This document shows positions 29,830 through 48,374 of a stretch of 64,000 bases of DNA, one piece after another (the stretch's first letter is position 1; every line of letters begins with the position of its first letter). Where the stretch lies: NCBI RefSeq assembly GCF_009914755.1, contig NC_060932.1; one strand, given 5' to 3'. The position numbers were made by a program, and so were the translations under genes. The stretch comes from the human T2T-CHM13v2.0 reference genome, Homo sapiens. The notes under the pieces were generated by a model. It was not told the DNA's origin and made no database searches. It worked only from the letters and a program-made list of their open reading frames with translations.

Positions 29830-30489
29830 TAAGTTGATTAGTTCTGCAAACACCTTATCTCCATATAAGCTCAGATTCTAAGGAACGAGGAGTTAGGACT
29901 TCAACATTTGCATAATGGTGGGGGAGGGAAATTGTCAACCCATAAAATAGTCTATGTTTAAAAGCATAGCCCCCAAATCAAACCTCCTTATTTGATAACT
30001 ATAAAGCCTTCTTGACTTGTCAAATAAAAGTGACAAGTCTCTCCATATTTGACTTTCAATTTCTCTTCAGCCATATTATTTTAAACTCAATTCCCCCAAG
30101 GACAAACATGTTCTTATACATCTTTGCATTTCCAAAAGTTGATTTACTTGTCCCAAAGATTTTTTCTTTGCTTGACATCTTCATAAATCTCTCTGCATAC
30201 CACTTTCCTCAGTCAGACTATTAATTCTCCAGTGAAGCCTTTTTCTAACACCTACTTCAGCCTTAATGATAAATTCTCCAGATTACAAGGCCTCTCTGGT
30301 CTTTGTAACAAGTTTATGCTCTTTGAAATGAGTAACTCTATCTCTATCTAGATATATCCAGAGACCACCATAAAAATAAGGTACAGAATACACGGCAATC
30401 ACTAAATATATGTTAAAAGAACAAATAAAAAGAGAACAAAGTAATTAGAGAGATAGAAATAAAGATGGTGGTGCTGCTGATTATGATAT

Positions 30490-30638
30490 TAGCAATAACT
30501 CATATTTCTTGAGTACTTACCATATGCCAGGTATGTGCTAATTGGTTTATAAATTCTATTCTCACTTTACAAATAAAATGTTATAATTTGGCTAAATATC
30601 CTGCCTCAGCTTACAAAGTGACTAGAAAGAGATGCCAA
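30490..30638. mobile_element. MIR remnant, continuing at about 35912-35965 after the L1
   Basis: tgagtacttaccatatgccagg..tgtgcta..ctcactttacaaat..gactag; after L1 cagaattggaacc..actcaaag. Confidence 0.55.
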
Positions 30639-33600
30639 AAGAGAATGACATCAGCATGGTGGCCATCAAGGTAACATCAAAATTCCTGTGGAGCATGGGA
30701 GCCCAGTATAACACCATATAGAGTGGAGCATGGTACCCTGTATCTGTCACACTGTATCTCCTACTAGATCAGATCACAGACAGGAGAAACCTCTTCCTAC
30801 AAGGAAAATACAAGCTGGAGACACTCATTGGTCTTCATCACTGCCAGATACGAATGGTAACTGATAGAGGAGGATCTTCTAGTCCTTACAGGCCCTGAGT
30901 TCAGTGTGAAAATTGCTGGAAATCTGCACAGTTGCAACCCATCCCCAGGGCAGGAGTCCTCATGGCATTTGCAACCCGTATGACCTAAGAAGCTATGGCA
31001 CAGTCTTGGACATTGGAGCAGAGTTCTGCATAGCAGCAAAACTGCATGCACCTGTCCCCACCAACAGCCAGGCCAGAGGCAGTCCTGCCCCATAAGCTGG
31101 CCTCACCTCAGCAGAGAGGTTTGGGGGCAGCCCCTGGACTCACATGTACCTGCCCCTAGCTTGACAGCTTCCTAGAGGTAAACCCATTTCTCTAGAGGAA
31201 CTCTTGCTCAGTTGCTTAACACATGCACACCCACCCCTGCCCCTTACAGACCGGGCAGTGACCCTGACAATTCAGAAGAGCCTACCACAAAATTTGACTT
31301 CCATGCCTGCATGTGTCCTACCAATGACTAGTCCACCACCCTTGCCACTACAACACCACAGTCACAAACTGCTGTAGCCTAGGCCTATAATAATCTCACA
31401 CATCACAATCAAGGGTTGTAACTGAAGCATCTGCACAGAGAACATGCTACTGAGTTCACCCAGAACCAAAGCCAATGCTACATTCTCAACCAACATCCTA
31501 GGATCCATTTACAGGAAAAAGCTTTTTCCTATGAAAGTTATTCCATAAATTGGAAAAAGAAATTGTTCTACTAGATACACAGATATCAAGGTAGGGACAC
31601 AAGAAACAAAAAAGCAAAAAATATAACAACCACAAAATAACAGGGTTCTTTGTCTCTAGCAACAGATCATAAATGAAAGGGTATTTATAAAATGCTTGAA
31701 AAAGAATTACTAATAATGATTTCAAGAAAACTCAGGGAGATATAAGAGGATCTAGAAAAAAAAATTCAATGAAATCAGGAAAACAATTATGATATGAACG
31801 AAAAATGTAATAAAGAGATAGATACTATAAAAAACAGAATTGTTGGAGCTGAAGAATTTAACAAATGAAATAAAAATACAATAGAGAGTTTTGACAACAC
31901 TAGATCAAGCAGAAGAAAGAATCTCTGAGCTTAAAAGTAGGCATTTTGAAATAACCCTATCAGAAAAAAATTTAAAAAAAGGAAAGAAGAATGAAAAAGA
32001 ATAAAGAAAGCCTATGTGATATATGGGACTTCATTAAGAAAACAAGTATTCACATTATACAAGTGCCACAGAAAAAGAAAATAACCAGGTATAGTAAACA
32101 TACTTATAGCTGAAAAGTTCCCAAGTCTTAGGGGAGATATGGACATCCATGTCTAAGAAGCTCAAAAGTTTTCAATGATTTTTAACCCAAAAATATTCTT
32201 TCCAAAGCACATTATAATCAAAATGTCAAAGGTTAAAGACAAAGAATTCTAAAAGCTGCAAGAGATAAATGTCAAGTTACATATAGGGGAATTTCCATTA
32301 GACTATCAGCATATCTCTCAGCAGAATCTCTGCATGCCAGGAAAAAAATTGATGACATACTACAAACAGTGAAAGATAATAAACAAACAAAAAGAAAGCA
32401 AACAAACAAAAATAAAAAATTTCTCACAGCCAAGAATATTATATCCAGCAAAGCTATTCTTCAGAAACAGCAAAATAAAGACCTTCGCAGACAAGCAAAA
32501 ACTGAGGCAATCCATCACAATTAAAATGACCTTATTAGAAATGCTAAAAAAGGAAACAAAAGGATAATAATTAATATTATGAAAATACAAAACTCAGCAG
32601 TATAGGTAAATGCATAACCATACCCAGAATTCCCTGGTGCTGTAATAGTGCTATGAAATTCTTCAATATTACAGTATGTAGGTTTAAAGTCAAAAAGGTA
32701 AAAAACACCAACAGCTGCAATTAATGACTAAGGAACACATAGAAGATAAATATACAAATTACAGTAACCAAAATGCAAATGAAAAGGGAGAGGGAAAAAA
32801 AGTCTATAGTATTTTTATGTGACCAAAGTTAAGTTGTTATCAGCTTAAAATAGGCCACTATACCTATAAGACTTTTCATGTTAACCTTATGGTAACCAAA
32901 CACACACACAGACAAAATTATAGTAAATGTGCAAATGAGAAAGAGAAAAGAAACAAAATTTAGCATTACAGAAAACCACCAAACCAGAGAGGTAAACAAC
33001 GAGAGAAGGAAAAAGAAACAAAATATCTACAAAACAACCAAGAAATCGTTAACAAACTTGCAGGAGTAATTATTTGCCTATAAATAATAACATGAATGTA
33101 AGTGGATTAAATTTTCCAATTTAGGTTTAGAGTAGTTAAAAGGATAAAAAACAAAATCCCACTATATGTTGCCTATAACAGATGCACTTCACTGTTAAAC
33201 ACAGACAGACTGAAAGTAAAAGGATGGAAAAATATATTTCATACAAATGGAAACCAAAACCAAGCAGAGATACGCATACTTATATCAGATAAAATACATA
33301 TTAAGTGAAAAACTCAGAAAAGACAAAGGATATTATTATATAATAATTACATAACTAACTCAACAAGAATTTACAACAATTATGAATATGTATGCACCCA
33401 AAACAGGTCTAGCAAGTATTACTAGACCTAAAAGGAGAGTTAGATAGAAATACAATAATGGTAAGAGACTTCAGCTTCACATTTTCAGCAATAAACAGAT
33501 ACTTTTAGACAGAACATTAATAAAGAAACAACAGACTCAAACTATACGATAGATCAAATGTACCTAACACATATTTACAGAACATTCCATCTACAGCTGC

Positions 33601-34249
33601 AGAATTCCAAGTTTTCTTAACTGCATATGGAACATTCTCGAGGGTAGATTACATATTAGGCCACAAAACAAGTCTAAACAGATTTAAGAAGATGGAGATA
33701 ATATCAAGTATCTTTTATGACCACAGAAGTATAAAACTAGAAATTAACAAGGAAGACTTCAAAAACCTTACAAATACATGAAAATTAAACAGCATCCTCC
33801 ACATTAACCAATAGATCACTGAGAAAATTAAAGGAGAAATTTAAAAATTTCTTGAAACAAATGATAATAAAAACACATCATACTGAACTGTATAGAAAAT
33901 AAAAAAAGCAGTTCTATAAGAAAAGTTTATAGCAATAAACATCTACATCAAAACAAGAAAAATATTTATAATCAACAACCTAATTGTATAACTCAAGGAA
34001 CTAGAAAAACAAGAATAAGTTAAGCCCAACATTAGTAGTGGAAGGGAACTAATAAAGCTCAGACCTAAATAAACAAAATAGAGACTAAAATAATTCATAA
34101 GATCAACTAAACAAAGAGTTGGGTTTTGGAAAAAATAAACAAAATTAACAAACTCTTGGTTAGATTAACTGAGAAAAAAAGAGAAAAAACCCAAATAAAT
34201 AAAATCAGAGATAAAATTGAAACATGATTATTAAGATCACAGATACAAA

Positions 34250-34569
34250 GGTTGCACACAAAGCAGAATGCCAGCATCTGCTTCTGGTGAGGGCCTCAGG
34301 ATGCTTCCATGGTGGAAGTTGAAGGAAGAGACCACAAATCACATGGCAAGGCTGAGAACAAGAGAGAGGGAGTGGGGAAATGCCACGTTCTTTTAAACAA
34401 ACGGATCTTGAGTGAAGTCATTACCACTCATTACTGTGGGGAAGACACAAAGGCAGTCACAAGGGATTCACCCCCATGACTCAAACACCTCCCACCAGGC
34501 CCTACGTCCAACATTGAGAGTCACATTTCAACATGAGATTTGAAGGGAACAAAACATTGAACCATATCA
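34250..34569 (-). mobile_element. MSTB-like LTR, one end missing
   Basis: gccagcatctgcttctggtgagggcctcagg...aaacacctcccaccaggccc...tttcaacatgagattt...accatatca. Confidence 0.88.
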
Positions 34570-34844
34570 GACAGTAAAAGACATTTCTCAATAGAAGAAA
34601 TACACATGGCTAACAAGTACATTAAAAAGTGCTCATCAGTAATAATGAGGGAAATGCAAATGAAAACCACAATAAGATACACCCTCAATCCAAGTAGAAT
34701 GTCTATTATATAAAACCCAAAAGAAAACAAGTGGTGGTGATGATGTAGAGACAGGGGAACATTTACACACCGTTGGTGGGACTGTAAATCCGTACAGCCA
34801 CTGTGAAAAGCAGCACGGAGATTACTTTAAGAATTAAAAATAGA

Positions 34845-35153
<309 letters not shown>

Positions 35154-35321
35154 AAAGGTAGAGCTACCATATGAGCCATTGGGTATAAATCCAAGGGAAA
35201 TGAAATTGGTATGTCAAAGAGATTTCTGCTCTCCCATGTTAATTGTAGCACTATTTCCAAAAGCCAATTTATGGAATTAACCCATGTATACAACCATGGA
35301 TGAATGGAGAAAGAAAATGTG

Positions 35322-35416
35322 GTGTGTGTGTGTGTTCCATATATACACACATATATATGTATACACACATATATGTATACACACACACATATATAAATAC
35401 ACATATATGTATATAT
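35322..35416. repeat. (TG)n/(TA,CA)n microsatellite in L1
   Basis: Direct reading. Confidence 0.9.
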
Positions 35417-36267
35417 GGAATGGAATACTATTCAGCTGTAGAAAAGAATGAAATCTTACCATTTGCAACAACATGGATGGACCTGAAGAACATTATGTTA
35501 AGTGAAATAAGCCAGACACAGAAAGGTCACAAGATCTCATTCCATGTAGAATCTAAAAAAAAAAAAAGTTCATCTCATAGAAGCAGGGAGTAAAGCGAGG
35601 GGAGTAGGGAGGGAAAGATGGAGAGAGGTTGGTGAATGAATAACCATTGATAATTACAAGGAATAGGTTGTGGTATTTTACTGCACAATGTGATGAAAAT
35701 AGTTAACAGTAAGGTATTATATATTGGAAAACAGAAACGAGAGGATTTTGAATATTCTCACCTCAATGAAATGATCAATGCATGAGGTGATGGATACACT
35801 CGATACCTTGATTTCATCATTATACAATGTATATATGTATTAAAATATTACATTGTATGCCATAAATATGTATAATTACAAGATTTCAACAATAAATTTA
35901 AAATAAATGCACAAGTATGATGTCAGAATTGGAACCATGAAGATGAAACTCAAAGACTATATTCTCGATCAATACAAATTTTTAACTACTAAAGAATAAA
36001 ACCCATGTAAGATGTTTTGGTTAGATGGTACAGTTTATTTTGCAGAACTCACCTTCATCCGTGTACCTTTTTTGAAAACTCAAAGATTACTAAAAGAGCT
36101 TTGAAATATCATCCTTATGGTTTGTTTTATAGCCTGAGTTTTACAATTCACATTTAAACTCCTTGGTAATTTTTTAAGGATTTTTCTTCTACTTGAGTCT
36201 CAAATTTCTTATGAACTATGACAAGACTAAAAGATACTGAGTGAGAATAGAAAATAGAAACAAACAG

Positions 36268-36582
36268 GGCCAGGTGTGGTGACTCACACGTGAATCCCAG
36301 CACTTTGGAGACTGAGGCCAGTGAATTACTTGAGGTCAGGAGCTTGAGGCCAGGCTGGCCAACATGGGGAAACCCTGTCTCTACTAAAAATACAAAAATT
36401 AGCCGGGCGTGGTGATGCGTGCCTGTAGTCCCAGCTACTCAGGAGGCTGAGGCAGGAGAATCACTTGAACCTGGGAGGTGGAGGTTGCAGTGATCTGAGA
36501 TTGAGCCACGAGCCACTGCACTCCAGCCTGGGCGACAGAGCGAGACTCCTCAAAGAAAAAAAAAAAAAAAGAAAGAAAGAAA
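36268..36582 (+). mobile_element. AluS
   Basis: Dimeric Alu with A/GAAA tail. Confidence 0.95.
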
Positions 36583-37104
36583 GGACAAGCTGCTGAGTCT
36601 CTTGCGCAAGACTTCTGCTGCTGGAGGCTTGATAATCTCTTTTATTGCCACTTTTTTTTTTTTTTTTTTTTTTTTGCTCCAAACATTTTTATCACCTTCT
36701 GGTAATTTTTCTTCACTTCACTTCAATCTGAATTGTAGCCTTTCTGAAAGTATTTATCACTGTGATTTTGTTTGCTGTAGCTTATTAAATGCCCTTTTGA
36801 TCCTTTTTAATTGACCTTTTTAAATATGAGCTCATCTTAGAGAACTATCTTTATATCTAAAATTAGTCCTTAGAAGTTCCTAGTTGTATTTCTTATCAGG
36901 GTCACTTGTAATTATAATGTCAGACTTTTAGAATGAAACATAAGCATTTGTCACATTTAGCCATGATTGGTATTCTTAGCACTGAACTGGTTTCCTTAAC
37001 TCTAGTAAGTTCCTTTCTAATTTATAAATTATGTCAAGTTTCTAATGTTTTGGATTAAATTCTAAAGGATATTATCACACTTTCCAACCATGTCTGTCAT
37101 CATG

Positions 37105-37577
37105 CACATTAGTTTACTAGGGCTACCATAACAAAGTGGCACTCAGTAGGTGGCTTAAGGACACAGAAATTTATGTCCTCATAGTTCTAGAGACTAGAGG
37201 TCCAAAATCAAGTTGCTGGCCATGTTGTTTCCTTCTGAGACTTGTGAGCAAGAATCTGCTCTGTGCCCCTCTCATAGCTTCCGGTGGTTTGCTGGCAGTT
37301 CTTAGTGTTCTGACTAGTAAAAGCATCACTCTGATCTCTGTATTCATCTTTACATCAAGCTCTCCTTGTCTGCATGTTTATGTCTAAATGTCTCCTTTTT
37401 ATCAGAACATCATTTGCATTGAATTAGTGGCCCACCTTACTCCAGTATGACTTCATCTTCACTAATGACACTGCACTGATCCTATTTCCCCCCAAAATGT
37501 CACATTCTGAAGCACTGAGGGCTAGAAGTTCAACATAAGAATTTGGGGGGTGGGGAGACACCATGCAGTCTGTAACA
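37105..37577 (-). mobile_element. MLT1C-like solo LTR
   Basis: attagtttactagggctaccataacaaa...cagaaatttat..ctcatagttctagag...gtcacattctgaag...ctgtaaca; TSD tcatg on both sides. Confidence 0.88.
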
Positions 37578-38478
37578 TCATGTCACTTGACACAGCAAAA
37601 CCACTAATGTTTTCCATTACCCCGTAGGACAGGCAAACCCTACCTTGCCTATAAGACCTATCACAAGGTGTCTGTAAACAGTGTTATGATAGACCACCTC
37701 TTCCATTAGCCCTTATCCTCAAATACTTGTCTATTCACCAAAAACAAAGCATGTTGTCTGCTTTCTGACACTGCCTTGTTGCTCTATACTTTGCCTGCTT
37801 GTATGTATGTCATTAGGATTTCTCTTCACCGACATAGCAGTTAAGTATGTTCCATGTGTCTTTTTGTTTATACATTCCCATTTTGCTATATATTGTGAGT
37901 ATAAAAAAAACAGCAGCCAAGCCTTTCATGTCTTTGTAACACCCACAGGGCCCATAAAAGTGTATACCACATAGCAGGTACTATATATTGTTTTCTTTAA
38001 GAGATGAAAAATAAAGAATAAAAAGTGAAAGACTAGTCATTATACTAAACTAATCTACAATAAAATGTTTAAAATTTTAACATTTTGATTTAAAAATAAT
38101 ATTAAAATATATTAAATATTTAAGCCTAAACACCTTATTAATCATAACACCATTTATTAATGTATTTTTAACTAATATGTTCTAAAACTACATGAATGTG
38201 AGTATGGATAAAACATGTCTTCAAAAATTTGCAGACTGGTAGGGGAGATGGACAATATATAAGGAAATAGCAGAATTGAGGGAAATCCATTCCAAAAGCA
38301 TTGTTTTGGAAAAAAAATTATATTTAACATGTTTAATAAATATTTTGTAAGAAAATTTTAAAAAGAAAGTTATTGTAACTTAGAAAATTAAGGGATCTTC
38401 ACTCCCAGAACTGCATTTTTAAGAAATCAATGGACAGACCCACTCCACAACCATTTAACTGCTTAACTGGAAAAAAGG

Positions 38479-38516
38479 GTGTGTGTGCGTGTGTGTGTGT
38501 GTGTCTGTGTGTGTGT
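38479..38516. repeat. (TG)n microsatellite
   Basis: Direct reading. Confidence 0.95.
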
Positions 38517-38748
38517 AGTTTCTAAAAATTGTCCTAAGAGCATACGTCAAATGGAGAATCATTTATTCAAGGAAAGCTACTAAATCTTAATCAGAATAAC
38601 AATAATCTGTGACATTTGAGCCAGCTGCCTGCTACCACCTCTGTGTTCAGTTCCATGTGATGGAAGAGCTATTCTGAATAAGTATGGCCAAGAAGGCATG
38701 GCTTTGTAGCCCCCCTGCTCCCCTCTTAGGAGTTCAGTTTAAACCCCA

Positions 38749-38820
38749 GAAGAGGCACACCCACCAGCATGAAGCACCCCCACCAGCAGCAGCACACCCA
38801 CCAGCAGAAGAGGCACACCC
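38749..38820. repeat. Short minisatellite, about 18-20 bp unit (gcacacccaccagca...) x3.5
   Basis: gcacacccaccagcatgaa gcacccccaccagcagca gcacacccaccagcagaagag gcacaccc. Confidence 0.85.
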
Positions 38821-39286
38821 AAAACCCTTCGGCTTGTGCAGCAGGAGCTCTTTCTGAGGCAGGCATGGTTAAAATTGAGGCTCCCTTCTCCCACTGAACA
38901 TACACTCGTTAAGAAAAGCTTTATCCAAGGAATTGCAGATGAAAAATACTGGACCCTATTGTCCAAACCTAGCCCACTTATAGGGTGTAGTTTTCTTGCC
39001 AGGAGGAGAAAACTAAAAAGGACAAATGCTGCCATTTACATCTAGCACCCTCCTCGTAGAGTAGGGGTGCCCCTCCGTGAAAAGCAGAAAATTTTCCCTG
39101 TCCCCATGTGTGGTGCAGAGTTTCTGCCAAGAGTGAGGCATGCCATAAGGACAAAGAGCCTCACAGCTCTCCCTAAGTGAAGTAGTGTTCTTTGAACTAA
39201 TTTCGAAGGGTGTTTCAGAAAACAATGTAGATTTGGTTGGTGAGCAGTTAAGAGGGGGTAAAATGGTAGACCAGCTACAAGTTTAA

Positions 39287-39416
39287 CACATTTGTGCCTG
39301 AGATTCAATCTTTTTGAATTTTTGCAATCAGTCCTTGGCGATGGCCTTGAGCAGTATGATATAAATAACTCTCACATGCTTAGTGTTTCAATAATGGAAC
39401 ACTAGACATAAGTGGG
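39287..39416 (-). mobile_element. MER85 piggyBac-derived MITE
   Basis: Left TTAA (39283-39286); TIRs cacatttgtgcct / agacataagtggg; reverse complement reads CTAGTGTTCCATTATTGAAACACTAAGCATGTGAGAGTTATTTATATCATACTGCTCAAGGCCATCGCCAAGGACTGATTGCAAAAATTCAAAAA. Confidence 0.92.
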
Positions 39417-39894
39417 AAGAGAGATAACCAGGAAAGAGGACAGCTAAGGAGCCCTCTTCAGTTAAGAGCAAGCTCAAAGAAGGACAAAATAACCCTACTG
39501 CCACAAATGGAGCCCCAAACTTAATTGAATCAGACTGTAGAACAATTATGCCCCTGGGTCTTGTCAAAAATAATAAAGCAATCAGCTAGCAATTAATGGA
39601 AGCCGACAGCTAGGTGTGAAACCAATAGAGGCAGAGCAGCCAGAAAGTTAACATGAAATCAAGGAAAGAAACAGTCAAAGGAAATCTGGAAAAGCCACAT
39701 CCATTACTTTGTCCAAGGAATCTGTGCACATGAGCAGTAATATGTCCTCTGAGTCTGCACATGCAAGAAAACAGACTCCGCTGAACAAATCTAGCCTAGC
39801 TAGTAACAAATGAAACAACAGCAGCAGCAAGCTTGGAGTGCAGAATCAATATGCAGAGTTGCTACAATATATTATTTAAAATGCTGAGTTTTCA

Positions 39895-40062
39895 CTGCTA
39901 GATGATCTGAAAGCAGTTTCACTGATGAGGATGCTAATACTGTATATTTTGAGTGTTTAAATAACACTATGAAATGTGAGAGTAGGAAATATTATATTAC
40001 TAATTTTTCTGAAATATGCTATTTTAATGTGTATACAAATAAAATATATTTTTGATGAAAAA
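39895..40062 (+). pseudogene. Putative 5'-truncated retroposed 3'-end fragment, source unknown
   Basis: Flanked by taaaatgctgagttttca / taaaatgttcacttttca (15/18 identical); AATAAA at 40038-40043 followed by a short A-rich remnant. Confidence 0.55.
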
Positions 40063-40920
40063 TAAAATGTTCACTTTTCAGAAAAGCACTGTAAAACATG
40101 CAAAGAGACAAGAAGGTGTCATCCATACACAAAAGAAAATCAAGTGATAGAATTTGTTTTTGAGGGGTCATAGATGTAGACTTCAAAGCAATTATTGTAA
40201 AAATATTCAAACATTTAAAAAATTACATAATTAAAAGATGGTATGATGATAATATCTAATTAACTAGAGAATATCAACAAAAATAAATTTTATAAAAGAA
40301 CTAAGTGAAAATTCTAGAGTTGAAAGTAGAATAATTAAAACGAACTATTCACTCATGGGGCTCAATAGTATATCAAAACTTGAAGAATAAACAATCTATG
40401 AACTTGAAGAGACAAGGATAGAGATTATATCATCTGAATAACACAGGAAAAAAAGAAGAAAGAAAATGAGCAGAGTCTAAGAGAAATGTATGATGCCATT
40501 AAATACATAAACTTACACATAATGAGATTACCGCCTGATGAGATTACCAGAAGAGAGGACAAAGAAAAAGGAGCAAAAAATTATTTTAAAACATAGTAGT
40601 TGAAAATGCTCTAAATCTGATTAAAAACATTAATTTACACACCAAAAAGTTCAACAAGGTCTAAATAGGAAAAATGAAAAGAGACCTAAATCTATACATA
40701 TCACAGTAAAAATGTTGAAAGGCAAAGAAGAAAATCGTAAAAAGATTAAGATACAAAGGGATCACCATAGGATTAATAGATGACTTCTCATTATTTACAA
40801 GGACATTGCCATGGAATACTGAAGTCAGCGTAATGACATATTCAAAATTCTGAAAGAATTATGAACCAAGAATCTTATATCAGGCAAAACTAGCTTTTTT
40901 CAAACATTAAAGGAGAAAAT

Positions 40921-44946
<4,026 letters not shown>

Positions 44947-45958
44947 TAAAGAAGATATATATTTGAGGTAAAGACATGGAGTACAAAAGGAAGAAGACAA
45001 GATGATAAGACATATAGAAAGAAAAGCAAAATGACAAACGTAAATCTAACCATATTAGTAATGTTATTAAATATAAATGGATTAAATAAGGTAATAAAAA
45101 AGCAGATATTATGAAAATTAATTGAAATGGAAAGTGTCTCTAGGAGACACAACTTAGATTCAAAGACACACGTAAATTGAAACTAAAATGACAGAAAAAG
45201 ACATATAATGCAAATGATGATCTTAAGATAGCTGGTGTGGCTATACTAATAGCATAAAATAGATTTAAAGGTTAAAAAATTTACTACTAAAAAAGTAACT
45301 TCATTTTTAATGAATTTAAAATTCATGGGGAGGAAATAACAATTATAAAAATTATAGGCATCTTACAGAGGAAACACATAAAGTGAAAACACAAGTTTGA
45401 ATGAAGAACTAGACAATTTCACAATAGTAGCTGGAGACTTCAATACCGGTAGAGCAAGCAGAAAAAGCACAATAATGCAGAAGACTTGAACAGCTCTATG
45501 AATCCTTGCTAACCCCAACAGACATGTGTAGAACACTTCACTCAGTGATTGCGGCATACACATTCAAGAACACATGAAACATCTGTAGGACAAATCATAT
45601 GCTAAGCCATAAAACAAGCTTCAATACATGTAAGAAAATTAAAACCATCAATTGTTTTCTCTGAATGCAATGGATGAAAAGCAGAAATTAATAACAAAGA
45701 AGATGTGGATAACCCACACATATATGAAAATTAAACATTAAGCATTCTCAAATAAACAAGATATCAAAATGAGAATTACAACGGAAATTAGAAAATACTT
45801 GAAGATGAGTTAAATTAAAACACTGCATACCAAAACTTACGGGATCCAGATAATGTAGCGTTTACAAAAACACTACATTATAGCTGTAGTCTATTATATT
45901 AAAAAGCAGAAGAATCTCAAATTAATAACCATAATTTTATCTTAAGAAACCAGAAAAT

Positions 45959-46264
45959 GCACTGGGTGCAGTGGCTGATGTCTGTAATCTCAGTACTTTG
46001 GGAGGCTGAGGCGGGAAGATCGTTTGAGGTCAGGAGTTCGAGACCAGCCTGACCAACATGGTGAAACCCCGTCTCTAATAAAAATACAAAAAAATTAATT
46101 GCATGTGGTGGTGCATGCCTGTACTCCCAGCTACTCAGGGGGTGGAGGTAGGAGAATCACTTGAATCCAGGAGGCAGAAGTTGCAGTGAGCAGAGATCGC
46201 ACCACTGCACTCCAGCCTGAGCAACAGAGCAAGCCTCCGTCTCAAAATAAAAAAAAAAAGAAGA
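45959..46264 (+). mobile_element. AluS
   Basis: Dimeric Alu; TSD aagaaaccagaaaa. Confidence 0.95.
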
Positions 46265-48319
46265 AAGAAACCAGAAAAATGAAAGTAAACTAAACCCAAA
46301 ACAAGCAGAATAAGGAAATAATAAAATGGAAACACATAAAAATATAGAAGAGAAAAATAATTAAAAAAAATTAATGGTACCAAAAGTTGATACTTTGAAA
46401 ACACCTGCGAAATTATAAAACATTTAAATAGAGAGAAGACTTGAATTATTCGAATCAGGAATGAAAAGGAGAACATCATTACTGAGCTTGCAGAATTAAT
46501 GAAGAAGGTAAGAGAATACTATAAAAAACTCTATGTCAACAAATTAGATAATTTAGATAAAGTGGACACATTACCAGAAAGAAAAATATACCAAAGTAAC
46601 TCATTAAGAAATACAAAACTAGAATAGACCTATAAATAATAAAGAGTTGAACCAATAATTTTAAAAACTTCTTCCAAGGTTAAAAGCTCAGGTCAAATAA
46701 TGTTACTGGTAAATCCTTCCAAATATTTAAAGAAAAATTTACATAAATGTTTTACATATGATTCTAAATATTTAAAAAAGAGTGAACACTCCTAACTCAT
46801 TCTGTGAGGTTATTAATACCACAATATCATAACCATAAAAAGACAACACAAAGAAATAAAATTACCACCAAATAATTTTTATGAATATATAGCAAATATT
46901 TGCAAAACAGCACCAGAAAATCAATCCCAGCAACACATAGCATTATATTCCACAACCCGGTATCACATATTACTAGAATAAAAAGTTGGTTTAACATTTT
47001 AAAATCAATAATCTAATACATCATATTATTGGAATAACTGGAAACCACCGGATTTTCTTAATAGATGTAGAAACATTATTTGTCAAAATATAACACCATT
47101 TTATAGTGCATACACTCAGGAGACTGGACATAGAAAACAATCTGATCAACCTTATAAAGGGCATCTATAAAAAACCTATAGCTGGCAATATTCTTAATAA
47201 TGAAAAACCAAAGCATTTCTTGGTAAGTTCTGGAGCAAGAAAAGAGTATTTGCTTTTGTCACTTCTATTCGAATTTGACAGGAAGTTCCAGTAAGGCAAT
47301 TCACCAAGAATATGGAATAATAGGCATCCATATTGGAAATAAGTAATAAAGCTATTTTTATTTTCAGATGGCATGATATTATAGGTAGAAAATCCTAGGA
47401 TCTACAAAAATTTAGAGTTAATTAAAAGTTCAGAGAGACATTAAATCAATTGTATTTTTATAAAGTAGTGATGAAAAACCTTTAAATGAAATAAAAAAAC
47501 AATTACATTTACAATGATATCAAAAAAATGAAATACTTTGGAATAAATTTCATGAAAGTGGTATAAAACATATACAGTGAAAACTAGAAAAAAATTAAAA
47601 GAAATTTTTTAAGAAACCTAAATGAATAGAAAGACATACCATATTCATAGATAGTAAGAACACTGTTAAAAAAGCTATACTTTACACATTGATCTACAGA
47701 TTAAACACAATTTATATCAAAATCCTAGCTTTTTTTTTTTTGCAGGAATTGATGAGCTAATGCTAATATTCATGTGGAAATGCAAAGGACCTAGAATACC
47801 CAAAACAATCTTGAGTTAACAGAACAAAGTTGGAGGACTCACATTTCTAGATTTTAATACTCACTTCAAAGCCACAGTGAGCAAGAAGTGTAAGACTGGT
47901 ATAAGGAAAGACATATATAAATCAATAGAATAGAATTAAAATTCTGAAAAATAAGTCTCACATTTATGCCAAATTAATTTTCAACAAAGATGGTGAGAGA
48001 ATTCAGTAGAAAAATATTCTTTTCAGCAACTTATCCTGAAACAACTAGTTATACGTAAGCAAATGAATGAAGTTGGATCATGTCCTCAAATCATAAACAA
48101 AAGTTAACTTAAAATAGATTATAGGTTTCAATGTAAGACCTAATACTATAAAAATCTTACAGAGAAAATAGAAGTAAATTTTCCTGAAATTTGATTATGC
48201 AATGACTTCTTATGACATGAAAACAAAAATACATGTGATGAATAAATATAAATAAATTAATAAAATTAATAATTTTGGTGGGGCATATGGTACCACAACA
48301 GAAGTGAAAGACACAGAAT

Positions 48320-48321
<2 letters not shown>

Positions 48322-48374
<53 letters not shown>
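48322..48374. repeat. (TG)n(TA)n microsatellite
   Basis: Direct reading. Confidence 0.97.

Noticed and set aside
36652-36674. Long poly(T) as a retrocopy tail
   Set aside because: On the minus strand the nearby AATAAA lies after the A-run, and no TSD is evident.
38749-38820. Spaced repeats as a CRISPR-like array
   Set aside because: Eukaryotic context, no unique spacers; a simple minisatellite.
39300-39416. Possible snoRNA/snRNA pseudogene
   Set aside because: Better explained as MER85, with TIRs and TTAA.
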